Positions 53,984 to 63,838 are shown, counted from the first letter of the stretch. The stretch is DNA of 64,000 bases from IMGVR_UViG_3300046516_001816:62001-126000; one strand, 5' to 3'. Notes: generated from the letters alone by a model not told the origin. A program made the numbers and translations.

Positions 53984-54587
53984 CGCCCGTCAAGTGATGG
54001 GCTTCAAGCTGTATCCGCGAGGCTTCGTGGGTGGGGATCTCCCCATCCGGCTCGCGGTGCAACCGAAGCCCTACGAGATCCGCATTCGTGCGCCGATCCG
54101 TGTTGGTGTGATCGAACCGCAGCGTACCACGGTAGATGCGAACCTCGTCATCGAGACGCTCTACTCGCAGTACATCAAGCGCAGCGCTGATACGCAATCC
54201 TTTGAGTTCCGCGAGTCGGTCCTCATTGCTGCGCTGGCCGCCTTCGGTAGCCGGAACTTCTTCACCTGGTATCAAGCTCAGTTGCTCTCGCCCGCCTGTG
54301 GCGAATACCATCTGCGCTTTCTCGGTGATACGTGCCGGTTTCTGATGACGGGTCAACGCGAGATGCGCCTGGAGACGTGGTCGCATCTGCTGAAACCGAC
54401 GGAAGAAGTGGCAACACCGGCCAAGCCTTGCGAAAGCGCGGCGGGGTACTTCTGCCTCGGGGGTCGCGCGATGCCGACGGACCCGCAGCAATTCAATCTG
54501 GTGGAGACGATTCAGCGCTGGGTGTCGCATCCCCAAGGCCTGGAAGATCTCCTCGGCACACTACATCTGCTATTTGGTAACCTGTAA
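53976..54587 (+). CDS. Virion-associated protein (phiKZ gp92-like by synteny)
   Basis: 203 aa, SD GGAGG. Confidence 0.58.
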   Translation: MPDARQVMGFKLYPRGFVGGDLPIRLAVQPKPYEIRIRAPIRVGVIEPQRTTVDANLVIETLYSQYIKRSADTQSFEFRESVLIAALAAFGSRNFFTWYQAQLLSPACGEYHLRFLGDTCRFLMTGQREMRLETWSHLLKPTEEVATPAKPCESAAGYFCLGGRAMPTDPQQFNLVETIQRWVSHPQGLEDLLGTLHLLFGNL

Positions 54588-54725
54588 TTACCAATAGTAT
54601 AGTTGATGCACTTTGCACGTGCGTCAGTGACAAGATCTTGGGCGCTGTGCTCAAACACGGGCCCTAGAGGTACCGCGCGGGTACTTGTAGTTCCATCAAA
54701 AACCTAAGCTTAGGAGTAGTACATC

Positions 54726-56186
54726 ATGCGTCGTCTGCAAGCACGTGGCATTTTCGCCGCTCTGGAAAACGAAGAACTGAACGTTCCCCCGGTCGAAGAA
54801 GCACCGGTCGAACTGCCGAACCACTCGGAATCGGTCGAAGCCGATCTGGCCGATCTGAACGCTGAACACGCCGACATCGCCGAGCACGACGCTCAGATCG
54901 ACGAAGCGGAAGAAACCGTCGAAGCACTCGAAGCGATTCGCGAGCAACTCATCGAAGCCGACAAGGAAGGTGGTCTGAGCCGTTCGGGCGCAGCGATCCT
55001 GAAGATCTCGCTCGAGCACATGTACGGCCGCCTCGGCCTGGCCAGCGACCGTGTCGTGCCGGCGATGGAATCGTTCGGCGGCGCGGCTTCGCGCCAAGAA
55101 TCCACGCAGATCGCGCTGGAAACGATCGGCGAAACGATCAGCAAGGTGTGGGCTGCGATCGTCGAAGCTGCGAAGAAGGCCTGGGAATGGATCAAGGGCT
55201 GGTACAACAAACTGTTCGACACCAACACGAAGGTGACGAACCGTGCGAAGGCACTGAAGGAAGCCGCAGCGAAGCTGGGCACCGACGCGCCGAAGACCAC
55301 CGAAATCCAGAACGAAAGCCTGACGAAGGCGCTGATGCTGACGGAACACGGCGGCTCGGCTGAAGCAGTGCTGTCGGCAGTCGAGAAGTTCGCTGGCGAA
55401 TTCTCGGGCGGCGCAGGCAAGTACTTCGCGAACCTCGAAAAGCTCGCGAACTCGGTCAAGGAAGGCCACGCGGTCGACCTGCGTCCGGAAGAAATGTCGC
55501 TCGGCCTGAAGCACGTCGAAGGCGACGCTGCACGCAAGATCAAGTTGTCGGTCGGCGCAGGCTCGACGGTGTTCGCATCCGACGAACTGCCGGGTGGCAA
55601 GTACTTCGTGTCGGCCTGGTCCGGCAAGACGGAAGGCTCGTTCGCAGGCATGGCTGAAGGTTCGGCTGCGCACAGCGAGAAGGCCCTGCCGGTCGCTGAC
55701 AAGGCTCTCATCGAAAAGATCGCAGAAGCGGTCGAATCGATCAGCGGCAAGGTTGCTTCCACGAAGTCGGATCTCGACGCAGCGGGCAAGGTGCTCGAAG
55801 CGCTGATCGCCTCGGGCGAAGCGCACATGAAGGCAGCTGGCAAGGAACAAGACGAACAGAGCAAGGCTTCGGTCGAACTCGCGCGCGTCTGCCAGAAGCT
55901 GATCACGGGCGCTGCTACGTCGGCGAACAAGTACCTGCTCGACACCTGCCAGTCCATGCTGGCCTGGGGCGAACAGTCGGTGTCGGCCCACACGGGTACG
56001 GCGCTCGGCAACGCTGCTGAGAAGGTCGGCGAGAAGGTCGGTGCTGCTGCTGACGCTGTGAAGGAAAAGGCGGGCGCGGCTGCTGACGCTGTCAAGGGTG
56101 CCGCTGGCGCCGCAGCTGACAAGGTCAAGGGTGCCGTGAACTCGGCAGCCTCGAAGGTCGCTGACAAGACCAAGAAGGCTGAATAA
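54726..56186 (+). CDS. phiKZ-type internal head protein (gp93-97 paralog family)
   Basis: Acidic propeptide with AALE/PAME/IALE sites then KVWAAIVEAAKKAWEWIKGW helix; very strong codon bias. Confidence 0.8.
   Translation: MRRLQARGIFAALENEELNVPPVEEAPVELPNHSESVEADLADLNAEHADIAEHDAQIDEAEETVEALEAIREQLIEADKEGGLSRSGAAILKISLEHMYGRLGLASDRVVPAMESFGGAASRQESTQIALETIGETISKVWAAIVEAAKKAWEWIKGWYNKLFDTNTKVTNRAKALKEAAAKLGTDAPKTTEIQNESLTKALMLTEHGGSAEAVLSAVEKFAGEFSGGAGKYFANLEKLANSVKEGHAVDLRPEEMSLGLKHVEGDAARKIKLSVGAGSTVFASDELPGGKYFVSAWSGKTEGSFAGMAEGSAAHSEKALPVADKALIEKIAEAVESISGKVASTKSDLDAAGKVLEALIASGEAHMKAAGKEQDEQSKASVELARVCQKLITGAATSANKYLLDTCQSMLAWGEQSVSAHTGTALGNAAEKVGEKVGAAADAVKEKAGAAADAVKGAAGAAADKVKGAVNSAASKVADKTKKAE
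56040..56138 (+). repeat. Three 33-bp coding tandem repeats (GAAADAVKEKA / GAAADAVKGAA / GAAADKVKGAV)
   Basis: Direct reading of the sequence. Confidence 0.85.
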
Positions 56187-56219
56187 GTCTCGCGGTCCTA
56201 ACGCACTCTCGCGTTAACT

Positions 56220-56256
56220 GGGCTACCATGGTCTTCGGGCCGTGGTAGCCCTTTTA
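56220..56256 (+). terminator. Terminator
   Basis: GGGCTACCATGGTC-TTCG-GGCCGTGGTAGCCC-TTTTA. Confidence 0.8.
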
Positions 56257-56279
56257 TTCAGTTCAGAAGAGGAAGAACC

Positions 56280-57593
56280 ATGCGTCAAGGTTTATTGGCC
56301 CAACGCGCGGCCCCCCAGCAAGACCCTGTGAGCGTCACGCATCCGGCTGATACCATCACGCTGGAGCAGGCTGCGCTGATCATGGGTGACAAGGCTGAGT
56401 TGATCGGCAGCATCCGTCGTGATCTCGCGGAATCGGAACGTCTCATCCAGTTGTCCGATGCGCTTGAATCGATTGCCGATGTGGCGCGCAGCATTCAAAA
56501 TGCCACGCCCAACGAGCTGCGTTTGCTCGAGCTCTGCGGTCAGCTGGCAGTGGCGGGTAGTGACGTCGAACCGGATCGGATCGTGCCTTCGCTTGAATCG
56601 TTCCTCGAAGGCGAGATCGCCCTCGAAGCGGTGGACGGCATGGTGAGCACGGCCAAGAAGATCTGGGAAGCGGTGCTGATGTTCGTGCGTCGCGTCTGGG
56701 AAAAGATCCGCAACTTCTGGAGCTCGGGTGTCACGATCTCCAAGTACAAGAAGACCATCACGGATCTGAAGGCCGAACTCCAACGCGCGGGTGATGCCCA
56801 TCCCGAGAAGCCGACGTTTGCGGTGTCCGGTGTGTCGCACGGCCTGATGCTCGACATGAGCACGACGGGCAGCTGGGAACATCTGCTCGAAGAACTCAAG
56901 CGTCTGGAAACGGTGGACGATGCGATCTTCAACGACTACTCCAAGTGGGTGTTGGAACGCGGCGCAGAAACCGCCCGTGCCCTGCGTGACTTCGATCCGA
57001 AGACCCCCGAGAAATCGGCGGGCGCCCTGAAGGATCGTCTGATCGGCATGCATCTGCCCGAGTACGGCGATGTCACGACCAAGGCGTTCCTCGGTGGCGG
57101 CAAGATCGAGAACCAGGCGTACGACAAGATGGGTGGGGAAGATCCGGCGATTGCGCTGGAGCGTCTGCGCCTGTCGGGTCTGAAGTACAAGAAGGTGGAA
57201 GTTGCCTCGACGATCGAGCATGGCAAGGATGAGCTGCACGGCATCCCGGCAGGCTCGCACGCTCAGATGGAAGAAGCCCTCACCGGCTGCGAGAAGCTGC
57301 TCGACATGCTCGATGCGTTCTACTCGCACAAGACGGCGGACTTTGACAAGACGGGCAAGGAAATCGAATTGGCGTCCAACGCGGCGACCGAAGCGATGGG
57401 TCGGCTCGACAAGGCCGAGTTTGGCGCGAAGTCGCTCGAGTACTACCGCGTGTTGATTAACTTCAACAAGGCCTTTGCGGACTGGGCGAACGAACCGTTC
57501 CTCTCGATGCAGCATCACACCGAGCGCGTCGTCAACAGCATCGCACAACTCGTGCGCGGCTCGATGACCTGCTACAAAAGTAAGCCTGAATAA
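56280..57593 (+). CDS. phiKZ-type internal head protein paralog
   Basis: PSLESF...IALE then KKIWEAVLMFVRRVWEKIRNFW helix. Confidence 0.78.
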   Translation: MRQGLLAQRAAPQQDPVSVTHPADTITLEQAALIMGDKAELIGSIRRDLAESERLIQLSDALESIADVARSIQNATPNELRLLELCGQLAVAGSDVEPDRIVPSLESFLEGEIALEAVDGMVSTAKKIWEAVLMFVRRVWEKIRNFWSSGVTISKYKKTITDLKAELQRAGDAHPEKPTFAVSGVSHGLMLDMSTTGSWEHLLEELKRLETVDDAIFNDYSKWVLERGAETARALRDFDPKTPEKSAGALKDRLIGMHLPEYGDVTTKAFLGGGKIENQAYDKMGGEDPAIALERLRLSGLKYKKVEVASTIEHGKDELHGIPAGSHAQMEEALTGCEKLLDMLDAFYSHKTADFDKTGKEIELASNAATEAMGRLDKAEFGAKSLEYYRVLINFNKAFADWANEPFLSMQHHTERVVNSIAQLVRGSMTCYKSKPE

Positions 57594-57601
57594 GGCCTAA
57601 A

Positions 57602-57635
57602 CATAGGGGCGGGGCTTCGGCCTCGCCTTTATGCC
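57602..57635 (+). terminator. Terminator-like hairpin
   Basis: CATA-GGGGCGGGGC-TTCG-GCCTCGCCTT-TATGCC. Confidence 0.7.
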
Positions 57636-57678
57636 GCTGGTTCGCGCGATTTTATGTATCAGTCTTAGAGAGACCATC

Positions 57679-59229
57679 ATGCCAACCCTCGTGTTACCTG
57701 TGCCGGAAACTTACGACAGCGTCACGCGTCCGGTGATTTACGATGTAACGCGTAAGCTCTTCAAGTGGACGGGCTTGCACGAGAACACGCCGATCATGTA
57801 CATGTCGCCCAATGGCGCGACCATGCAACCGGGCAGCACGCTGCTGCACAATCCCGAAGACAGTGACTTGGCCTTTGATGACCAGGTGACTGTAGAAGTC
57901 GAAGAAGACACCGAGATGGATCGTATCCTCTCGACCGCCGTGGTCCAACCCGAGAACCTGTTTGTGTTCAATGATCCACGGGTGGAAACCGTGATGAAGC
58001 CGGCGTACTCGTCGACGCAGATCAGTATCAATTTCAAGTTTCGTGCGATCGACGAAGTGAAGGCCAAGCGCTGGCGCGATCAGATCCGCATGCGCATGAG
58101 CCAGATGCGCGACCTGGTGATGCTGGACCTGCGCTACTCGTATCAAGTCCCCGGTCAAGCCATGCACATCCTGGAGGAGATTCATCGCCTGATGGAAAAC
58201 GTGGCGGGCTACGGCGAGTCGTTTGCGCAGTGGTTTAAGAATGGCTCCAGTCCCACGATGAGCGTGGTGTCGAACTTCTCGGGCACGCAAAAGCAACCCG
58301 CGATCAGCGAGCATCAGGGTGAGATCGTCGGGTACTGGGACTTCGAAGGCGAACCGGAAAAGGGCAACAAAGAAGACGAAGGCGAAACCTGGACCGTATC
58401 GTTCTCGTTTAAGTTCAAATACGACAAGCCGCTCTCGGTGGTGTTGCAGTATCCGCAGGTGATCCATAACCAGGTCATCAAGTACAAAGACACCAAGCTG
58501 CCGCATAACCCGAATCAGATCCAGAAGAACTTTACGCTCTCCAAGTACTTCTTCGATCACTTCGATCGCACGCGTGCGTTGGATCGCGCCGGCTTTACCG
58601 GCAACCAAGGTATCATGCTGCCGGCCTGGGACGAATTCTTACCCGACCATCTGCCGCCGTACTATCTGAAGATCTTGAGTGGCATGACCACGCTCGATCT
58701 GAGTGCCGGGGGCAACCCGCGCCTGCTGATGAATCTGGATCAGCTCTCAGAAGGTTGGTTCATGGATGACGCGATGAAAGCGTTTATCATCGGCGAAGCG
58801 CCGTATATGACCCAGCAGTTTCAGTCGGTGTTCACCTGCAATCTGTATATGGGCAAGTTCCTGCGCCCCGATGGCTCGATTGTGGTGGACTCGAATTTGA
58901 ACGTGAGCACCACCTTCAATCCCAATCCGCGTGCGCGCTGGCATGTGCTCTTTGGTCTGTGCTGGAACTGGAGTGTGCTCAGCCCCGACGCCATTACGCG
59001 TCTGCGCATGAACTATCCGATTCTGGCTCGCCTGATCCAGGCACTGTGGCCGTGGTGGAAGTACGATATCAAGACCATCAGTCGCACGGGGCCCGGCGCG
59101 AACATCGTCACCAAGGGTTCGATGGACGGCCTTTTGGGGATGAACCCGACATTGATCAAGAAGGTCCAGTTTAACACTGTGGCCTCGTTCTATATTCAAG
59201 CCATGGAGCCCACCAATGCCGCTGGTTGA
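57679..59229 (+). CDS. Virion structural protein (phiKZ gp98-like)
   Basis: Start moved to ATG 57679; synteny. Confidence 0.62.
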   Translation: MPTLVLPVPETYDSVTRPVIYDVTRKLFKWTGLHENTPIMYMSPNGATMQPGSTLLHNPEDSDLAFDDQVTVEVEEDTEMDRILSTAVVQPENLFVFNDPRVETVMKPAYSSTQISINFKFRAIDEVKAKRWRDQIRMRMSQMRDLVMLDLRYSYQVPGQAMHILEEIHRLMENVAGYGESFAQWFKNGSSPTMSVVSNFSGTQKQPAISEHQGEIVGYWDFEGEPEKGNKEDEGETWTVSFSFKFKYDKPLSVVLQYPQVIHNQVIKYKDTKLPHNPNQIQKNFTLSKYFFDHFDRTRALDRAGFTGNQGIMLPAWDEFLPDHLPPYYLKILSGMTTLDLSAGGNPRLLMNLDQLSEGWFMDDAMKAFIIGEAPYMTQQFQSVFTCNLYMGKFLRPDGSIVVDSNLNVSTTFNPNPRARWHVLFGLCWNWSVLSPDAITRLRMNYPILARLIQALWPWWKYDIKTISRTGPGANIVTKGSMDGLLGMNPTLIKKVQFNTVASFYIQAMEPTNAAG

Positions 59230-60571
59230 TACCGCTACGGCGCCGCCGATGCCGCGGCCCAATACGATCCGCATCACGGATCCGCACTACAAGGGCATTT
59301 GCGTCGATACGCGCTACGTACCGACCACGGACCTCCTGACTCACGTCGAAGGGGCTGCTTGGACGGTGGACTACTACTCGCAGATCCTGGATGAAGATAA
59401 CGGGATTGCGGGTCAGTCGGTGAACAAACCCGCCCAGTTGCAGCAGTACTGGCGCGTGAAGCAGATGGAGTTGAAGGTCACCAGTCCGCTGGTACCGATG
59501 CAGGACCCCGCCACCAAGAAGATGTCGTACAAGGGTGGGGCTAACGTCTACCCGGTGCTGATCCCGAATCAGGGCGACATGTTTATCGCCCAGCTCGACG
59601 ACGGTCGCTACGCGATCTTCATGATCACGAGCTCGGAGCGCAAGTCCTTCTATAAGGACTCGGTCTTTGCGATCGAGTACCAGATGCAGGACTACGCGGT
59701 GCCCGAACGCACGCGCGATCTGGAAACGAAAACGATCCGGACCTACGAGTACGTCAAGGACTATCTGCAAGCGGGTCAGAACCCGTTGATTGAAGCCGCG
59801 GAGTGGCAGAACCTGGCGAAGCTTCATCAGCGGTACGACTCGATCTTGCAAACGTACACCAAGCAGTTCTTTAGCCGGGAGTTCATGACGTTCCTGGTGC
59901 CGGGGCAGCCGTACGCCACCTACGACGCCTGGCTCACCAAAGCGATGCCGTCTTTGTTCGGTGCGGACACCACGCCGGAACTCTTGAACCTGACCGTGCT
60001 CGACTGTGACGACCAGGAATCGATGCGCGTGCCCACGCTCTGGGACATGCTGCTTCAGAAAGATCCGGCGATGCTGAAGTTCATCAACCGGCAGCAAGGG
60101 CTGGTGTGGGTGAATCGCTTTACCCGCAACCCGATGCTCAACGGCATTCGCTGGTCAGGCATTGCACAAGTCGTGTTCCCTTTGAACCCGGAGCTCAGCC
60201 CGGATCAGGAACTGCGCGGCCTGGCCCCGATGACGGACTCAGCCTTGGTAGAAGTGGCCTCGCGCCCGGGTGCGCTCGCTGATTTGATTGCCAAAGTCGA
60301 TTTGGAGGGCTTGCCGTATAGCAAGGCGCCGCTGATTCACCCGGTCCTCGTCGACGACTACTACGTGCTCTCCCAAGCCTTCTACACGGGCGATACGGCC
60401 AGCATGAGTCAGCTCGAATTGCTCGTGCTGGATTACTTGGCCGGTAACGCACTCAATCATCAAACGCTCTTCGCTTTCTGCGACACGTGGCACGGCTGGC
60501 CGCGCTTGGCCATGTACTACTACACGCCGATCGTGCTGCTGTTGATCAACGCGGCGATGCGACGAGCATAA
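59216..60571 (+). CDS. Virion structural protein (phiKZ gp99-like)
   Basis: 451 aa, SD GGAG; synteny. Confidence 0.62.
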   Translation: MPLVDTATAPPMPRPNTIRITDPHYKGICVDTRYVPTTDLLTHVEGAAWTVDYYSQILDEDNGIAGQSVNKPAQLQQYWRVKQMELKVTSPLVPMQDPATKKMSYKGGANVYPVLIPNQGDMFIAQLDDGRYAIFMITSSERKSFYKDSVFAIEYQMQDYAVPERTRDLETKTIRTYEYVKDYLQAGQNPLIEAAEWQNLAKLHQRYDSILQTYTKQFFSREFMTFLVPGQPYATYDAWLTKAMPSLFGADTTPELLNLTVLDCDDQESMRVPTLWDMLLQKDPAMLKFINRQQGLVWVNRFTRNPMLNGIRWSGIAQVVFPLNPELSPDQELRGLAPMTDSALVEVASRPGALADLIAKVDLEGLPYSKAPLIHPVLVDDYYVLSQAFYTGDTASMSQLELLVLDYLAGNALNHQTLFAFCDTWHGWPRLAMYYYTPIVLLLINAAMRRA

Positions 60572-60587
60572 ACCAACGAGGTTCGTT

Positions 60588-61280
60588 ATGAAGCAACGCA
60601 TGAAACCCACTAACCCGGTTGTCGTCCCTCGAGCCAGTAGTTGGGTGCCGCCTGAGAAACGGGATACGGCTTGGTGGCTCTTCCACGAGTTGTTTCACTG
60701 CCGAGCCCAACGCATCCAGCTGATGTCAATGGATGAGATGCGCGAGTACGGGACGCCGACCTCTGGCGACCCTGACTTCGATGCCCAGATGCGCAATGAA
60801 CGCGTGGACGTAATGCTCACGATCGCTGGCCCCAACAGCATGATGCATTACTGGGACCAGGGCATTACCATTGGGGTGGTCAATGAAAAGGACACCAAGC
60901 GCATTTATGAGATGATCGCCAATCACCTCGATGCCTGGCGTCACCACCTCACCACCGATCTGAACAACCGGGGTGCCCCGCTCGACGAACTGATCAAGCT
61001 CGATAAGTTTGCCAGTGTGGTGTACGCCCATGCCAAGTTCCATTTCCCGAAAGACTTTGTCGACTCGATCCTGGCGCGGCAAGTCACCCAGTCGCGGGTG
61101 TCGCGGGCGAACCTCAACGCCGCCTACGAGCCAAAGCCGATCAAGGTCAACGAGGAAACTGGCGAGGAACAAATCGATCATGCCAAGGTTATCGCCGAAC
61201 AGTATCCGGATCGGGTCAGTATGGCCGATGCCTTTAAGCGTGGTCAGAATAGCGGTGGCGTGAGCAACCGCTGGAGATAA
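60588..61280 (+). CDS. Conserved hypothetical protein
   Basis: 230 aa, SD GAGG. Confidence 0.65.
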   Translation: MKQRMKPTNPVVVPRASSWVPPEKRDTAWWLFHELFHCRAQRIQLMSMDEMREYGTPTSGDPDFDAQMRNERVDVMLTIAGPNSMMHYWDQGITIGVVNEKDTKRIYEMIANHLDAWRHHLTTDLNNRGAPLDELIKLDKFASVVYAHAKFHFPKDFVDSILARQVTQSRVSRANLNAAYEPKPIKVNEETGEEQIDHAKVIAEQYPDRVSMADAFKRGQNSGGVSNRWR

Positions 61281-61289
61281 GGAGGTCGT

Positions 61290-62669
61290 GTGGAATTTGA
61301 ACAATCGGCCTTGATGTTTGAAGTGAACCAGATTCTGAATGGTGGCGCCAAGCCCGTGCAGTATAACTTGAGCGCCGAGATTCTGGTGAATACCACGGGG
61401 AGCGTGACGAGTCCGCTGAAGATTTTGAGCGTGGACTTAAAGCGCAATTACCTCGATGAGTATTCGGATGTCTTGATTGTGGAGATGGCCATTCCTGCGG
61501 GTCAGTATGCTTCGCTGATCTACCCGTATAAAAACAATCTGGACATTTCGCTGACCTACACGCCACTGAATGAAACCGGCGACGCCACCAACACGGCTTT
61601 AGCGCCGAAGTCGGAAACGTTTACGGCTACGCTCGTGGATACGGGGTCGCCGATCATGGAACAAAACGGCTTTAATACCCCGACCGCATACAACCTGGAC
61701 TTGGCGAACATCGTGAACGTCAAGTTCCAGTTGGTCAATAAAGCGCTCGAGCAGATGCGCATGATTGAAGTCGGGCAGATCTTTCGGGGCGCCACCGTCG
61801 ATGACGTGATCAAGACGGTGCTCACGAATGCATCGCAAGCCACCAGTGTCGATGGGCAGCGTACCGTCCAGGGCGTCACGATGCACAAGTCGTCCAACCA
61901 GACGCCGCGTGAGCACATTGTGATTCCCCACGGCGTGAAGCTCGTGGACGTGCCGCAGTATATCCAGAAGTATTGTGGAGGAGTCTACAATGCAGGCATG
62001 GGCTACTATTTGCAAGGCAATCAGTGGCATGTCTATCCGGCGTTGGACACCACGCGCTTTAACCAAAGCGAGACCACCCTTACGCTCATTAATCTCCCGC
62101 AGAACAAGTTCTCAAATGTTGAGAGGACTTATCGCGTCTCAGGTGGAAACCTGGTGGTGATGGCGACTGGTAATGTGAAGTTCCGCGACCCGAGCAATCA
62201 GCATCAGCTGAACGCCGGTAACGGGATTCGCTTTTCCGATGCCAGTAAGTTCATGGGCGGGTTTGTCGATGTGCTGAAAAATAAAGCACTCGCCTCACGG
62301 GGTGGCAATAACAATGAGTTCGTGGGCTTTCAGCGACCCAATGGCAATAACAATGTGTCGCGCTCCACGAACCCTATTACGTCCAATTCCCTGGAAGAGT
62401 ATTCCAAGGTTGCGCGGGCGATGGGCTCGGTGATTCAATTGGAGTGGCAGCATTCCAATCCCGATCTGATTACGCCCGGCTTGCCGACCGAGATTCTGTA
62501 TATGGATCACGACACGATTCAGCAGCTCTCGGGTGTCGTGGTGGGCGTCCATCATTACACACATCTCATGGGGCAGGGCTTCTCGGCCATGCGGTATGGC
62601 ACCGTCAGTACCATCGCTGTGTTTATCCAGCCTGCCGATCAATCCGGTTCTACCAATAGCACACCTTAA
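61290..62669 (+). CDS. Virion structural protein, probable baseplate hub (phiKZ gp101-like)
   Basis: 459 aa, SD TAAGGAGG; beta-rich; hub assignment from synteny and recalled literature. Confidence 0.58.
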   Translation: MEFEQSALMFEVNQILNGGAKPVQYNLSAEILVNTTGSVTSPLKILSVDLKRNYLDEYSDVLIVEMAIPAGQYASLIYPYKNNLDISLTYTPLNETGDATNTALAPKSETFTATLVDTGSPIMEQNGFNTPTAYNLDLANIVNVKFQLVNKALEQMRMIEVGQIFRGATVDDVIKTVLTNASQATSVDGQRTVQGVTMHKSSNQTPREHIVIPHGVKLVDVPQYIQKYCGGVYNAGMGYYLQGNQWHVYPALDTTRFNQSETTLTLINLPQNKFSNVERTYRVSGGNLVVMATGNVKFRDPSNQHQLNAGNGIRFSDASKFMGGFVDVLKNKALASRGGNNNEFVGFQRPNGNNNVSRSTNPITSNSLEEYSKVARAMGSVIQLEWQHSNPDLITPGLPTEILYMDHDTIQQLSGVVVGVHHYTHLMGQGFSAMRYGTVSTIAVFIQPADQSGSTNSTP

Positions 62670-62680
62670 GTGGAGTCAAT

Positions 62681-63244
62681 ATGTCTCTCGATTTGACCAA
62701 GAGCGCAGCAGAGATTTTGCTGCAACAGATCAACGCTGATCTCGGCACCAGCTTCACGGCCGACCAAGTCACGTTCGGCCCCGTGATGAAGAATATGGAC
62801 GCGGACTCCGGCACGTTCGAAGCCGCCGTGCAAATCACGGGTGTGCCGGGCGTGGGTCCGAATGGTACCGTCGTCTACAAGTACAACCGTATCGATCTGT
62901 CGTCGATCTTCAACGGCGCCAACAGTTCCTACAGCGTGGACGGCGGCATCACCTACGCGCAGCTGCTCGCGAATATCAACGCTGCGATCGGCACGAACAT
63001 GTCGCTCTCGACGTTGCCGGATAACGACACGAACCAGCTTTACGTGCAAGGCGACGTTACGCCCACGCGCAAGATGCCGTTCCCGGCTCCGGGCAAGACG
63101 AGCGTGCAGTTCATTCTGACCGCCGATCCGAACTCGCTGATCTATAAGGGTGAAGCGATGCTCACCGCAGTGACCGCCAAGCAAAGCCTCGCGTCGTATT
63201 TCACAGCACCGTCGACGGGTCTGGCCTACACGGCGCCGGCCTAA
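62681..63244 (+). CDS. Virion structural protein with YKYNRIDL motif
   Basis: 187 aa; paralog of the next ORF. Confidence 0.65.
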   Translation: MSLDLTKSAAEILLQQINADLGTSFTADQVTFGPVMKNMDADSGTFEAAVQITGVPGVGPNGTVVYKYNRIDLSSIFNGANSSYSVDGGITYAQLLANINAAIGTNMSLSTLPDNDTNQLYVQGDVTPTRKMPFPAPGKTSVQFILTADPNSLIYKGEAMLTAVTAKQSLASYFTAPSTGLAYTAPA

Positions 63245-63254
63245 GGAGTAAGCA

Positions 63255-63701
63255 ATGTCGCTCGCCCTAGACTTTACTCAGCCTGCGGCGAGCGTGCTGC
63301 TCGCCCAGATCAATTACGATAACGCCACGCAGATCACCCCGGACCAGTACCGGATTGATGAAGTCGCGGCGCTCTCGGATGGCTCGGGCTATAACACGAT
63401 TGTCTTTGTGTCCGGCACCCAGGGTGCGCAGTTCGAAGGCCAGGAGTACTTCAAGTACAACCGCATTGATATTGCGACGGTGCCGGGTGCGCGGACCAAG
63501 GTCTTCAATCGAGGTGCCGCGGTGCTGCTCTCGGACCTGTTGCCGCAGATTAATGCCGCGTGGTCCCTGAACCTCACCAAAGCGGACATCGTCAATGGCG
63601 TGTTGCCCGCCAGCCTCGATGGCAATCCCGTGGCGTTCTATATGCAGATGGCGCCCGGTGCAGTGTTGTGGAATAACCAAGTCGAAATCGGGATCCAGTA
63701 A
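63255..63701 (+). CDS. Virion structural protein with FKYNRIDI motif
   Basis: 148 aa; SD TAAGGAG; N-terminus LDFTQPAASVLLAQIN matches LDLTKSAAEILLQQIN of previous ORF. Confidence 0.65.
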   Translation: MSLALDFTQPAASVLLAQINYDNATQITPDQYRIDEVAALSDGSGYNTIVFVSGTQGAQFEGQEYFKYNRIDIATVPGARTKVFNRGAAVLLSDLLPQINAAWSLNLTKADIVNGVLPASLDGNPVAFYMQMAPGAVLWNNQVEIGIQ

Positions 63702-63838
63702 TGGAAGCAGAAGACGTTGAGGAGACAGCCCCACTTAAAAAGCATTGGACGGACGGATTGATCCGCTGCTGGTGGTGCATGCATTGGAAAGAAAAAGACG
63801 CGGTGTGTTGCGACCCTAGAGAGAAAGCGAACTTATAA
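63701..63838 (+). CDS. Small Cys/Trp-rich protein (45 aa)
   Basis: MEAEDVEETAPLKKHWTDGLIRCWWCMHWKEKDAVCCDPREKANL; TAATG coupling at both ends. Confidence 0.55.
   Translation: MEAEDVEETAPLKKHWTDGLIRCWWCMHWKEKDAVCCDPREKANL

Noticed and set aside
54696-57548. Long antisense ORFs (431, 426, 418 aa) over internal head genes
   Set aside because: Same shadow effect in highly biased genes
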